A DNA stretch of 49,626 bases from NCBI GenBank assembly GCA_021432655.1, contig MU271529.1, forward strand, positions 1 to 49,626. Reading direction: 5' to 3'. This DNA comes from Atractiella rhizophila. Taxonomy: Eukaryota. The notes beneath the pieces are model-generated. The model searched no databases. It saw nothing but the letters and a program-made list of their open reading frames with translations, and had not been told where the DNA came from. Made by a program: the position numbers and the translations under genes. Positions 27,068 to 41,047 of this stretch are shown here, piece after piece; positions within the stretch are counted from its first letter, which is position 1; the number at the start of each line of letters is the position of its first letter.

Positions 27068-27380
27068 GGTGTGTCTAGATGTGGTTGAAGAAATTGCTTG
27101 ACTGCTGACTGCTTGATATGTTCTGGTCGCCAGAACTGGTGTTGTGATCGAGATAGGGGCACGCGCGTGATGGCGCGCGTTGACGCGGAGCGAAAGAGTC
27201 ACGTTTTTCGACTGCGAGTACCCGCGAGTGAACTTCTTCAAGGACTAGTTCAAGGGAACATGACGATCCGGAGTAGGATAGATGGCTGGAGGTTTTGGAT
27301 GAGATGCATTCGAAGGCTTACGGTTGGATAAAGATAGGTGGAAGATTGATGGCTGGACAACTCCTTCCTGTGGTCTGTCC

Positions 27381-28827
27381 TCAAGCTCTGCCCGTCCAAA
27401 TATCCATTTCGTTTCTCCATGTTGCATCATGGATTACGCTGCACGCGTCTTGAATATCATATTGCGACAGTATTTCCTTTACAGTAGGGAAGGTCACAAA
27501 GCGTCCTGTCCTCTCTTCCCTCTCCTTCACATCAACCAGAAGTCTAGACTTGGTTTCCTTTATTAATGTAACAGGCGGTCTATACTCCAGAATATTGGAG
27601 CCGTCTCGTTTGAAAGACGTTGCTGTTGTGGGATATTGTCTGAACCGATTCTCACGGGTACTCATGCCTGAGAATTTCTTCTCCATACTTACTGTTAAAG
27701 GAAGTAGAAAGGGTTAAACAGGCGTCAGCACATTAGACGAGGTAAATAGTCTCTCTAATGTTACCTCTTTCTCCTTTAAACTCCCTGCTCTTTCATCCTT
27801 TTGGTCACTGGATGTTATGCGCTGCTTAAAGTATCCGCGGCGGAAGGACATGTTTCAAAGAAACAAGTATTTCACCTGCCTTTGTCCTCCTCCTTTGATC
27901 CAAGGAAAGAATCTGTGGACCGTGGAGCAAGGGTGTTTGTTCACGTACACCTGCGTCACCAAACAACATACTCTCCATTACAACGTTACCCGTAAGTATC
28001 CTGCTCTAGCTGTGACGTTGCAACACGAAGGTGCACATGTTATTACCTCCATAATGAAGTTGAGGAATCGGCAGCACACGCAACAACCAGAGATACTCTC
28101 ACGCTCTAGCGACGAACAGGGTCTGCGGGAATATAAACATAGACCAAGTTGCGAGGGAGGCATAACAGCCGAAGCTCGCAGTCGAGGCTGTCGCGCTGAC
28201 GTTTGGTGGAGGCCGCTTCGCACTTCGGGTTGCGAGGTACACCGCTTGCTTTGAGAAAATTATGGACTTTGGCCAAGGTAGCCGCTGGCCGGGGTGTTTT
28301 GTTGTTGGAGACAGGGAGGGAGCTTTTTTCGAGGTGTTGTGCCGAAAGATTGTTGCCCGTTGCGCGTTTGGTTGCAGAATGCAGAGCCTTGCGGCACAGA
28401 GCTGTCCCAGCGACAGGGGTGTTAAGTGAGGAAAAGGGTGTCCAATGGATGAGCTACGTCGCGAAATGATAGTCATGATGGACACGGAAGGGGTTTGTCG
28501 ATACGTTTGAGTGTCTATCCGCACTCGAGTTCCACATGCTCGGAATCAGGATCGAAATAAAGTTTTCGCCAAGTGAGCACCAGTTAAAATGCCTCAGCCG
28601 TCGCTCATCCATCCCCATCTCACTCTTTCCAGTTCTTCATTCTCTGCGATCCTTTTCTGCCTTCGAGTCGTAGCCTTCGCTCCTCGCCCTTCCCGCCTTT
28701 CTAACCATCTGTCTTTGATCGAAAGTACCTTCTTTTGTCCAGACGTTCTTTCGCCAGCGAAACTTTCTTTCGAAACACCAGCCAAGCCTGCCTGTCCTTG
28801 ATTTCTCGCCTGAGTCGAGCCTTGCAT
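27381..28827 (-). CDS. Hypothetical multi-exon protein, divergent from the AA11 gene
   Basis: First exon MQGSTQARNQG..ENEELER followed by a GTGAGA donor; last two exons splice in frame (DQKDEKSREFKGER-VSMEKKFSG..WTGRA*); middle exons not fully resolved. Confidence 0.35.
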
Positions 28828-28989
28828 TATTTGTTAGACGAACACACCGTGAGTTCGTCCTAGTCCAATCCCATCCGAATTCCGCAACTTGTTGTCTCTA
28901 CATGTCTCGAATGAATGAAAGACCTGTCTCACCGCCGATAATATGGGATGTAGTTCAATTCACCTACATCAACAGCCTGAACAGTCAAG

Positions 28990-30329
28990 ATGCTCGCTTA
29001 CGCTTCCCTGCTCGCACTTTTCTCGGCCGCTTCCGCCCACATGGTTATTAGGAGCCCCGTCCCATACGGCCAGTCGACTTTGGACAACTCGCCTCTTCTC
29101 GCTGACGGATCGAACTTCCCTTGCAAGCGTCTCTACACCGAAGGAGACGCGGCTCGCGCTCAGAACGTCTTCCCCGCCGGCTCCAGCCAGACTCTCGCTT
29201 TCAAGGGATCCGCCGTTCATGGTTAGCATTTCTTTTTTGTTCATTTCGTTTGGAAGGCTGAGAGTGGATGGAATCAGGTGGCGGATCTTGCCAGCTTGCT
29301 CTCACCACTGAGGCTGAACCGACCGTCGACACCGTCTGGCAAGTCATTCATTCGTTCGAGGGTAACTGCCCTTCGAACGTCACTGGAAACCTCGATGCCG
29401 ATCCGAACGGTCTCGGAGCGACCGTCTTCTCCTACGACATCCCGGAGAGCATTCCTTCCGGTTTGCTCACTTTTCCTCTTGCCGAGTTAGACCTGACGGA
29501 AATATTAATAGGTGACTACACCCTGGCTTGGACTTGGTTCAACAAGATCGGGAACCGCGAAATGTAAGAACATGTTCTGAAGTCATGACACAAGCGGCTG
29601 ATTGAATATGGTCGGTAAAGGTACATGAACTGCGCTCCCATCACCGTTACTGGTGGAGGAAAGGGCGACGAGTCTTTCCCCGATATATTCAAGGCAAACA
29701 TTGGAAACGGCTGCACTACCGTCGACAGCCAAAACGTCAAATTCGTGAGTGCCATCATTTACCCGAACAGCTGAAGATTCTAATTTCCTGTCACGTAGCC
29801 CAACCCGGGAGCTTACACTGACGTCCTCGCCGACACCGTCGACCCCGTAGGAACCTGCGAAACGCCTAAAACCTCCACTCCCACTCCTGCCCCCGGCAGT
29901 GGAGGCGACGACGCTCCTGCCACCTCTTCATCCCCCGAAGTCATTTCCTCTTCCTCCTCCTCCTCCGCCCCGGTCAAGACCGTGAGCACCTCCGCCATCG
30001 CCACCGTCTCCTCTGCCCCCGGAAAGAACAACCCCGCGCCGACGACCTCTTCTTCCTCCTCTGCTCCCTCCGTCACCTCCTCCCCATCCACCGGCTCCGG
30101 TAAAGTCCTTACTGGCGCTTGCGAGCCTGAGGGTCTCTACAACTGTCTCGGAAACGCGTTCCAACGTTGCGCTTCCGGGCAGTGGTCTGTTTCTATGAGC
30201 CTTGCGGCGGGGATGAAGTGCACTGGAGGAGAGAGCAGCGAGTTGACGTTGAAGACGACGGATGCGAAGAAGGTCAGGAGGTCCGCTCATAAGGGCAAGA
30301 GGGCGAAGAGCCTCAGGATGCGTTATTAA
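28990..30329 (+). CDS. AA11 lytic polysaccharide monooxygenase (chitin-active family) with Ser/Thr/Pro linker and C-terminal four-Cys X278-like module
   Basis: Signal peptide then N-terminal His (SA|HMVIRSPVPY); [57 protein letters not shown]; C-terminal CEPEGLYNC..FQRCASGQW..LAAGMKC. Confidence 0.92.
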
Positions 30330-31362
30330 GCCATTCCACCCTCAACTTCGCATCTGTCATCGTTGCAACTCCTTATCCTAACATCTCCAACTACCGAACT
30401 CGGTTTCGTCTTTCAAGATTTGTTCTTCCTATCCGGATACCCTCGTTGAACGAATACATCCCACTCCTTGGCTGGAGCAAGGGGTGAATGGTCGGTGACT
30501 ATAAGGATCATTACATATTTCGCTTTCTGTGTGTGTGGCGGATACAATGCAAATGAATATCAAAGTAAAAATCCACTTTTGATCGTCATGTCCCTGTCAG
30601 AGTCGAAGCAACGTTGATGTGAGAATGTTATATACAATGTGGGGCTCTCAATCTAACAAAAATTCATTGAGCCAGGATTGAGCACGATTCTCCTTCTGCC
30701 TCCGATCACTAGTGGGCTTTGGAAATTGTTGAACCCATCTTCATGGGCCATTGAAATGTTCGAAAGAGTTTCATCCAGTATCCGCAAATTCACATCTCAA
30801 CCACGTCCTCATATTTGCGTTTTCATAACGTAATCTCCACCGTAATATATATCATAGATCTCATACCTGTCAAGATTGGCAGACAGTAAATGATCACGTG
30901 ATAAAGAAATGACGCGACGCGTCTTTTGGCTCCTTTTCTTTCCCAGCTGAAAAACCAAGATAACGCTACCCCAACCGCTCCCTCCAGACGACCATCCTTC
31001 ACTTCCCTTCGTGAATACTGTAACACTGGGCTAGGCTGCGCTGGAAGACGGCGAAGGCGATTATTACTCTGCAGCGATCCGAATCGGGAAGCCACGCGAA
31101 GACGGTTATTGTGAGTGCCCCTTGAGTACTTCAGCCTGCTCCAACTCCCTCTTCCCTTTCGGAAGCGTGCATGCAGGGGCTAAAGACTTTGCTCTGCGTT
31201 TCAGCTCGTTCCTCGGCTTCGTCACTTCGATGCTTTGACGCCCTCTTTCGCTCATTTCATCAGCTCGACAAACCTCCTCGACGAAGTCTTGTCGACTTTC
31301 GAGGTTCACGCTCTTTCACTGTTTCATTCGTTTCTACATAACCACAGCGTCGAATACCAGTC

Positions 31363-34300
31363 ATGGCATCTAACTCGACCCCTGCAACTATTGCATTCTC
31401 CCTTCTCTTGCCCCTCCTCCCCCTCTCCATCTTCCGTCCTTCTCTCCTCCTATTTCCTGCATTCATCTTCTTCCTTTCCTCCGTTATCTCCCTTGCACAA
31501 TTCCAAGTCCAGGGAGCAGCTTTGGGTATTATTGGATGGACGATTTTGAAAGCGTTTACTGTTTGGGTACTATGGAAAAGTGTGAAGAAGAAGGTGAAAC
31601 CGGTGGTGATACCAACCATTCTCGTCCTCGTAACTACTGGTACGTTTCTTCACCCTTCTTATCGTTGGGGAGGATAGAGCACGATTTTTGGACTGATTTG
31701 TGTGTCGTTCTGATGACGAGCAGGGACGGCACTCAGACTGGCAAATGTCTGGCGAGAGAGTAGTACGGCAGCGTGGGCCATCAGCGCTGGAGTGGTGGGT
31801 TTGGTCCAGGAACTAGGCGTAACTGCTGCAGTGGTGGCTGGGAAGAGGAAGTGGAGAAGAGAAAAGGTGCGTTTGTTCTTCACTTTATCTCCAAAGGAGC
31901 TTCGTCTTTGGATTTTTGCAATTTCGAAGAGAAACAGTTTCTTCCGAGCCCGGTGACCCTAACCATGTGCAGGGTGAAAGTTATCTTTTATTTCACAGAA
32001 AGTTGGAATTGAGCCAGAATGATTCATTGACTTATTTGTAGCTCTTCCTCCTCTCCCAACTCTTCGCCGTCGCTTTCGAGTTCATCTCGATCATCCTTCG
32101 CCCCTCCTCTTCTACAGCTCCACTATCCTCCGAATGGCAATTCTTCTACATCCCCCTCGCCTGGTCAGGGAGCACCATCGTCCTCTCCACGCTCGTCCTT
32201 CTCCGATACACATCTCTCGAAATCGGTTCCCACACACAGAGCACATTCACCCTCCCTCTCCTCCCCACATCCAACGTCTCCTCGACCCACCGCCTGCCCG
32301 TCGCCCGACCATTGCAAGATGGAGAGAAGCATGCCCTCTCCACCTCCAGCTCGCATTCCATCATCATCGAAGTCTCGTCTCCCGATTCCCTGAACGGCGA
32401 CTACGACGACCAGAGTCCTGTGGAAGAGTCGAGGTATCTCCAAGTCCCCGGTCTCTTCGCCGTCTCTGGAACTGGGGCTGGGAACGGACTCGGAGACGAG
32501 GTGTGCGCGGACCGCGATCTGAAGCGAGCACAAGCGGAAAGGAGGTTGGTTGGGAGTCCGAGTTTGAGGAGCTTTGGGCGGGAGGGGACGCCTTCTTCGA
32601 TTTATTCGGAGGATGGTGGTGGGAGTCGGAGGGCGGAAGAGGAGGAAGACGCGCTTGAACTTAGTCATGTCTCTTCCTGGGGCAATTTGGGTGTTATTCA
32701 AGAGATGACTGAAGAATTGACGGATTCGGAGCAGAAGACAGGGATCACAGGGATGGGAGGGCTCGGGATGGGTATTGTGTTTAGAGGAAGCAATGTGGAG
32801 GAGAGTGTGCATACGGATACTTCTGGTGATTCGGTGTATCAAGAGGAACTTATGGATATGGAGGTGGAGAGGATACGATCTTCTTCGACCTGCAGGCCCG
32901 CATCGTCGCTTTCAAGTTCTACGGAAAGAGACGAGAGACAAGCAGCAGGCGAGATGGAATTGGAAGAAGAATTGATAGACGACATGGTCCGATCGTCCTC
33001 CCAACAAGCGTGGGAAGCAATTGCTTCTGACTTTACTGGGGAGCTGAGTCGGTCCACTACCTCCTACACACTCTCTCCAGGATGGTCCAAGCTGCAGTTC
33101 TCGACACCAAACGCGAAGGACTACGCGCACTCCCTCACCCAAACAACTCCCGCACGCTCTCCACGTTCCCCCGATGGCTTACTTGCCCCTTTTTCCCTCG
33201 AAGACGACTTGGAGGATACCAGTCCCAGTCTGTGTCAAAAACCATATAAACGACCGGGGCTCTCGAATTCCTGGTCTCCCTCCACTTCTCCGGTAGTTGC
33301 AACTTCTTCAGAGGTTGAAACGAGCCCACGACGGTGGAGCGACTCTTATCTAATCCAGAGATCAGGAGCAGGAGCAGGGGAGAGGGTGAAACCAGTGCCT
33401 TATTCCCTTGCCCCTCTACCACTCCTGGACAGTGCATTCACGCGTTCTCCACCACCTCCAAAACACGCAAGTCTTGAAGGGAGTCTCAAGTTCCCCATAC
33501 GCAGCTTCAGTCCTACAGTCCTTCAAGCCATAGAAGAAAGCTGGGACCCACCTTTGACACCTCCATCTCCTTCTCTCGATGTGCTTCTTGCAACCGCGGA
33601 ACTCGACTCTCTCGCCAGCACGGGGAAGGTGCCCCCGCTCAACCTGAGCATCTCTCCTCGCCGCGGCGCAACGCACTCTCAGGTTCCAGCTGCCCCAACC
33701 AGCACAGAAACAGCGACCACGGCGACACTCATCGCTTCCCCTCCCACTAGTCCCGTATCAGGTCTCCCATACAGGAAACCACGCTCTTTCATTCCCATCC
33801 TCAGCAGAGACAGGGACAGGAAATGGCAATGGTGGCGGTCTGGGGTCGCATCTTCTGCCACTCCACCCCTCACAGCGTCGAGTCGAGATCGACAACCTTC
33901 GCCCAATGGAGGAGGGAGTAGTGGAGGAGAATCTTTCTCTTCCCCTTCCCTTAGCGTAGGGCTTGCTAGCCCTCGAATCCCCTTGCCGTACAGTCGATGT
34001 TCTTCAAGGCTTGATACCAAAGGCTCCTCGACATCTACCTCTTCATCCACCCCCACCAGATCAGGACCACAAGATAGCCGGCTCAGGGAAGAGGGAGAAG
34101 GGATCTTCGAATCGGCTCAAGCCGCTTTTCTCAATTCCGTTATGAATTTTAAGCCCAAGCTGGATTCGCCTGATTTCCCGAACCTCATGGATGAGACTCC
34201 TCCATTTCTCGAACGCTCAGATACGCATGAGAAGGGAGACGACTTTGCACAGCTTCAACTACGCTCTTATTGGTCTGCTGACAGTGATAGTCTTGGAGGA

Positions 34301-34471
34301 GGAGATGCGGATACCACTTCAGTCTCCGTATCAGTACGCTCGGGAGGGGGATGGAGCGCCAAACTGTCAAGTTTACAGGGAGGATCCAGCGAGAAGAGGA
34401 AGAAGGCAAAGTTAAGTCCTACCACTGCCAGTACGTGCGGGGCGAAAAGCATATCGTCAGAAAGCTCTTGA
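31363..34471 (+). CDS. Orphan membrane protein: about 7 N-terminal TM helices plus a ~750-aa disordered Ser/Pro-rich tail (3 exons)
   Basis: Introns ~31640-31723 and 31867-32041 join ORF 31363 in frame to the 32312-34471 ORF; seven hydrophobic segments before the tail. Confidence 0.7.
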
Positions 34472-34777
34472 GGTGTCGTCCTCTCATTTGATTGACTTGA
34501 TCCATTTCGACTCGGTTTTGTTTCAAGCTGTTATCCATTCATCGTTGTTTACCCATCTTTCCTGAATAGTTGTGCCTCGTTGTTATTCCTGTTTCAACGT
34601 CCAGACTACTCTTACTCATGAAGATGGTGGTCGAAGGTGAACGTTTCAGCTGTATTTGATTGAGAAGTGAAAAATCAGTTTTATGTATGTTGATTGAATA
34701 CACTATCGTTGACTGCAGATATGTTGACAACAAACTACATTTCTATCGCAGCAAAAATAGTCCGCGTCTTCAAGCCA

Positions 34778-36680
34778 TTAGACTAGCTCTCTTTGGCGGA
34801 CCCCATCGTTCTCTTTCATCCAGGCATCCAGCATTGTCAACGCTCTCCATGCGCTACCTCCTTCCTTCCTGCTATCTCTCCAAATCCTTCCCAATCTCTC
34901 TGTATTCCTTCTCTTCCTCTCAGCCTCCCCTCCAGCTCTCATTCTCATCAAGGCTCGGTGCACTTCCTCTCTTCTAGCTTCCGTTGTGCCGACCACCTCA
35001 ATTCCTCGACGAGCTTTGGTTTTCTTGACTGAATCTCCACTTCGGAACTGCAGAAGCTCGATCCCTGCATCCCAGTGGTTTTCTCCTAACAGAATTGAAT
35101 TTACAGATTGGTCGCCGATAAAGGGAAGTGTGATCATTGGAACGTCAAAGATCAATGATTCGGTGGTCGAGCTGTTGATGGACACTTCAGATGCATATCA
35201 AATATCAAACTGAAAAAACCTGACCTCTGACCCGCGTGCATCAGAAAAATACCGGTCGCTGGATGTTGAAGTAACAATGTCTGGTTAACCCAGGAAGAAA
35301 AGTAGCAGCGAGAAGTGTTAGCTTGGATGAGGGTCGTTATGGGAGGAGGAAGTGAAGAGATTGGAGTGCGCAGGGCGAAAACGAATGGAATGATTGGATC
35401 AAGGGAAAGTAAAGCGCTAATCAAGTCCTCCATCAGCTTCGAAGACGGCGAACTATCTCCCGCGTTCATCAGTGCTCGATGTACATACCAGAGAATGAAT
35501 GCTCACACAACAGTCCCGAATGCGACATAGAGGACGGTCCTATCCCCATATACTTCCTGACATCGACTCAGAAACTCCAACATTTTGCCGTCTCTCTCGT
35601 TTTCCCCTCTGAGGGCTCCCATCCTTCCCTCTGCCTTCCTCTCTGCCATTCTCCAGATTTCGTCAGGTTGTTGCGCACCAACGAGAAACAATGGCCTGGT
35701 GCCGTCCTTGCCTAACACCCTTTTAGCAGCTAGCACAGTCTCCTTCGTTTCCTAGTTAATGAGGCTATCGTGAGGTAATTTGACCTCTGCAAATGACAGT
35801 GACGCACATATTCCTCGATTGTCTGCATGATCACTCCATCAGCAGCATTTGTAGTCTCCATCATTCTGCTCGCGTACTCGAATCCATCACGACCCCTCGG
35901 AAGTGGCTGATTCTCTTGGAGAGCTCCTTCGTATTCATGAATTGGTTGTAAGCCAGGGGATTTGTCGAGGTCAGCTACTGTTGGTAGAAGATTGTTGGAG
36001 TAAACCTGTCCGGTTTGTTGAGCACATCGAACAGCCAGTTAGAGGTTGTACTCGCAGAAGCAGCTATCTCGCCCCATGTTCGACCATTTCTATCACAACG
36101 TTTACTGCGGAATTGGGAGACTTTTTTCATCGTCCTCACCTTTGCTCTGGATCATCCAAAATTTTCTTAACCTGTTCAATAAACTTCCCGACCGATCCCA
36201 TCAACCTGATCCACATTCGGTCCTCTTTGGTTCTCTCAGCTATAAGCTTGCACATACCCTAACCAAGCTGCCATCGGCGTCACAATGAAAGCCAGCAGCG
36301 GAGCATCGAGTTTTCCTTCTTTCTTCAAACGACATGATACAGCGCCAGCAGCGATGTCCTCCCAAACGCAAGTGTACTTATTCTCCTCTACGAGGTTTTT
36401 TGCTGCTTTATAGAGGGCTTCAAAAGGTGCCAAAAACGAGGGGTCAGTCTCCGGCGTATCGACACCAATCAACGTGATCTTGCTGCCAGTGGTGGAGATG
36501 TTGGATTCCAGTTTGGGTATTAAGGCAGATCCCACTAAGAAAGTGACAGAGTAGTCTTCCGAAAAGTTGGAGGCAAGGATTTCCAGAGGTCGAGCATGAC
36601 CCTATGAATAGGTGAAACGGGGATGAGAGGAAAAAAAGAAGGCAAACATAGTTGGTAGAACAAATGATCAGCATACTCAT
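34778..36680 (-). CDS. UDP-glycosyltransferase, GT1 family
   Basis: N-terminal catalytic His (NY-GHARPL), PGLQPIHEYE, VLYVAFGT, PSPG-like box WVNQTLLLQHPATGIFLMHAGQSSTTESLIFDVPMITLPFIGDQ; alternative in-frame ATG at 36710. Confidence 0.9.
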
Positions 36681-38103
36681 CTCTCTCAGTACAAAGCTGA
36701 CATTTCTCATCCAGACCTCTAGGTTTTATCTGTCATTTGGCCGAAAACCCCCCCCTCAACTAAGAAAAAGTAATTCCAACCTCCCCAGTCAAATTATCCT
36801 CCTTTGATGATCCGCCACTTTTGGGGTGGTGGACCAGCCAGGTGAGATCCGTTCGAGGTCAAATTCGGAAACAGTCAAATTTCAAAGAGAAGCTCAAACG
36901 CAACTTTTAGCCGGCAAGGCGCCTGAGCGAGCTCGTTTCGGTCTGAAGTTTGCGTACTTTGGATAATGATCTAAGATTCAAAAGATTCTGCGGAGTAAGA
37001 AGAGTATGATTAGAAAAAGAGGTGCTGTACATGTAATCCCATAACAGCACTCAGAGTAGACCATCAACGCTTCAAAGTGAGCTCTCTTGCAACAAGGAAT
37101 CCTTTACGTCAGGTCAAGAAAGTTCAAGCTTCGGCTTGTACAAGCTTGGTACAAAGTAAAGCTGCTTGAAGGCAACACAGATCTGAACTTGGGACAACAG
37201 AAAGTTCGAACACCCACCACTTTGATACCTCTCTCTGGAGGTTACCTTATTCACTGCCTTTACTAGCTTCCTAAAGACTTCCTGAAATTGTTAAACATTA
37301 TTCAACTTGACCTTTGAGCGGCCAGGCTTCGATGTCATTCCATCGAGACTTGGACTGTTCGAATTTCGCGTATCCGCGTCAAAACTTGCAGGAGAGCGAC
37401 CACACATCCTCATGAGGATGGTAGACAACGTCGAAGCTAATAGCCATTTGTATCAGAAACCACAGTAATAACACCTAACACCTGGAGTTGGTCTTCTCAC
37501 CAAAGTAAACAAATATGAACAACCAGCTCTAAACTTCACTTCGTGTTTCGCATCCGAAAGCAAAACGCGTCGAAAAGGAGGAACAGAGTTCAGAGAGTAG
37601 ATATTAGAGTGAAATAAGCCTCTACAGAACAGAGTAAGTATCTCACTTTATGCGACGGGACTTGTGGATGGTCATTGTTTCGTCCATTGAAGACGTGAGC
37701 GGTTATTGATACCCAGGATTGCTCCGTCCTTGCTTAAGCATAGCTTAATTTATGTCTTGAGATCCTTAAATATGCCCCTTAACCATGCAGACTTACTATG
37801 AGCATCCAATTCTTGTCCTTGGCGCCGTTACAACGTTCATTGTATATGCGGGGGTTGATTTACTTCATCTTTCATGTTGAATAGGTCTGAATCACACTAA
37901 GAAGTTCCCTGAACGCTCGTCTCAGTGTTAATTGCAAATATGAAAGCTTTTGAGCGTTTTCAGGACGTATGACACTATGTACGCGTAAAGCTGACTTCAA
38001 GCGATTGACTCGCTGACTAGAAACTGCAATCGTACTTGCGAGCCCATCGTCAGTCCTCTTGTAGGTCCTCATCTCACATATGTCCTTTTAGGCCCTTGGC
38101 AAT

Positions 38104-40636
38104 ATGCAAGCGCCATCGACGTTATACCAGCCTTCGTATCCAGCGGCCGCCCCTCGTCCAACACAGTACAATGCCAGAAACCCTCCACTCCAACATCAAC
38201 AAGCTGGATGGTATCCATCCACACCTCAACAAGCTCAGCATGCCGCGCCGAGCCCTTCATCCGCCCTTCCTGTGCGAAATTATACCAATTCCACTCCAAA
38301 CTCCATCCCCGTCACTGGTCCATCCACCGCCCCACAACCTCAGCGCACCTATTCGCGATCTACGACGACGACTGGTACTGGATTTGGATATCGAAAACGC
38401 GGTGACGTCGCGCCAGCTCCTCCGGTAAGGTCACACGAGGAAATAGAGAGGTTAGCGAAGGCGGAGAGGTGGAGGAAGATTCAAGAAAATCACCTTGAAC
38501 CGGGAATGAGCAATAGGCTTGTATTGAGCATCCGAAGCCGCCTGACGCACGAGATGGATTTCGCTCTTTCCACACTGGTGAAAGTCTCCCGGCATGAACC
38601 CGACCTTATTCGATTCACAGAAATTAGAGGACTGACGGAAGCTTTGGTTGCACTGGTGGAAGAGTTTTTGGAAGCTGTGAGAGGGTCAGAGGGAAGGGAA
38701 TGGGCGAAGAGGGAGCGCATGGAGGAGCTGAGGAGGGCGACGGAGGCAATGCTTGTCTTGAGGAATGCCAGTTTGGATAAGCTCAATCAAAGGTTTTGGA
38801 TCCAGTTTACTGGCTTAACTGTTGTCGGCATCGGGAATAAGAGCTTGTTGAGAATGATCTGCACAGCATTGGAGCCGCAGGAAGGGGTGGAAGAGATTAG
38901 GGGATATGCCATAGAAATGCTCGACATTTTTTGCCCATATATCAAGCTGTCGACCTTACCTCAGAACGATGGAGAAGACGGAGGAACGTACGCCATATCA
39001 TCATTTCACGATCTCGAACCAAGCGTTAAAATTCTACCGCTTCTCCTTGAATACACTCAGTCTCAAGATCGCGCACTTGTCCTCGGCAGTTACAGGTGTC
39101 TCGGGACTCTGGCTCTGGTGGAAGCTAACAGCAAAATGTTTATTCTCCCTTCTATCCATCCATCGACACCAATTCCAGACTTCCCACCTCTCTATCAGGC
39201 TCTCTTCTCAGCTCTTTCCCTTATTCCTCTTCTGGATGCAGATCTTCAACTTGCCGCGTTAGACTTCATTTACCACATCTCATGTCATCCTTCAAATGCA
39301 GCGTATCTCTGTACAAGGGACGACCTTAGTGGCGTCTTGAGTCAGTTGAAGAGAAGATTCGAATGGGGAGCAAAGAGGATGGAAAAGTCCCTGAACCTAG
39401 TGGGAGAGAGATGGAGACAAGATAAGAAGGATCCGGCTTCAGGGCAGGCGCTGCATCAGCTCAGCGAAGATGGAAGTCTCATTGGTACTCGACTACAGAA
39501 TGACGAAATGGCTGAGATCCTAAGTTTGCCTGAACCCAGGAGAACATCGGTTTGGTTCGTCTCCCCCTATACGACGCCTGCTTGGGCGAACGCTGATACA
39601 TTGTAAAACATAGGCTAAAGACTGTTTTTGAGCCGGCTCCGGGTCATGAAGTTCTTCAAGTCGACCTATGGAAAAGTTACCAGGCTAACTTCAGCTCATA
39701 TCCCGACAGACCAATCTTGGTTGCGGCGGATGTGATAAAAGCGACCAGCGACGCAATACCAGGAGCCCAACCGCAGGTTTCAGGTGGTGCGGATGGTAAA
39801 AAACGGTTTATTATTAATGGGATGAAGGTGAGGGATCGGCTAGGTTCGCTCATCCCTTTCATGTCATCTCCCGCTTTGATCAATGAAGTATAGACCTTAG
39901 GAGCTTTTATCGCTGCCGTTGGTCGAATTGCAACGATTACTCTTCTTCCTCGGCTGCCGAGTTGTATGATCATTTGGCAACAAGTCACCTTCACCAATCG
40001 GCATCCGACAATCATGGATTTCTGGGTACTTGTGGGTGGGCATCTGGCTGCAAGTTCGAGGTGTCTCCCCAGAACCGCTCCAATCCATCTTTGCGTCTGG
40101 CGGAGCTGAAGCTTCACGTTCGGACGCATATTCTGCCACATACAACAGAGAAGCGAAGACAAAAGGATTCTGAGCCAGAACCGTCCGTCAAATATGTGCG
40201 TTATCTAGGCTGGGCAGACGAGCAACAGCAACCAGCTGGTATCCCTTTACTTGCAGCTCTAATTATCCGAAACTTGGCGCAAGCCATTCAGGAAGCCATT
40301 CTTTCACCTTCCAAGATCAAACAACTGCCGAAAAAGAACACTACTGTTTATGATACCGAGGGAGAATCGATCCTACTTCAGCTTGACAGGGCTGCTAAGG
40401 AAGCTACTGATTATGTGCACCCGATTGTGTCTGAAGAGGACGATCCAACAGCAAGAGAAGGAGTTGGTCCGGAAGCAGGAGCGCCAGCTCTTGTTCTGCT
40501 TGAGGACGATATTTACCGCTGGATGGTGGACGAGCCTACTCTAGGGCAGATTTTGGGAGAGGTTGTTGTCATCATCAGAAACGTTGCCGAGTGGAAGGAA
40601 CGAAGAGACAAGGAGGAAAATATGATGGAGATGTGA
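38104..40636 (+). CDS. RSC9: RSC chromatin-remodelling subunit Rsc9-like (ARM repeats plus RFX-type winged helix)
   Basis: NRLVLSIRSRLTHEMDFAL, EAMLVLRNASL, EPRRTSVWLKTVFEP, QVDLWKSYQ, AADVIK..RFIINGM, C2H2-like HLATSH / CGW..C..HVRTH, LLAALIIRNL. Confidence 0.82.
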
Positions 40637-41047
40637 GATCGGAATTGTGACTCGTTGGGTGCGTTTCCCTTTGACAATGGATGGCGGTATTGAAGGAACC
40701 TTAGAAGTTTCACGCTCCCAGGGCAACCGAGCTCAAGCTCAACTGCCCATTATTCTCTCCCACCGCGACTGGCTGGGACGTAACACGCTTTTACTCAACC
40801 TCTTCAAATGCTATCCACTTCTGGTGCTGCGCCACCAGGCTCGCGCACATCAGTCAGTTCACTTTTTGCCACCACTGCTTTTGCCACCCAAATGACTGCG
40901 GACCGAAATACCTGACTCGTCCGTTCCGTCAACTCCCCGCAGCCAGAAATCAACCGCGTCAGTTCTTGATATAAAAGGATTCTCACTCTAGTTTTCATCC
41001 CCATGTCTTCAAATTCTGTGTTTTCTCAATCAGGTCACGTGTTTCCA

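Noticed and set aside
28272..28786. Three GCCAAG sites upstream of the AA11 gene (28272, 28568, 28781)
   Set aside because: They are dispersed, lie within a probable minus-strand gene and are only weakly above chance, which is not enough to claim PacC control.
36720..38100. 1.4-kb spacer between the UGT and RSC9, checked for a transposon remnant, tRNA or ncRNA
   Set aside because: No terminal repeats, target-site duplication, cloverleaf or coding signature visible by eye.
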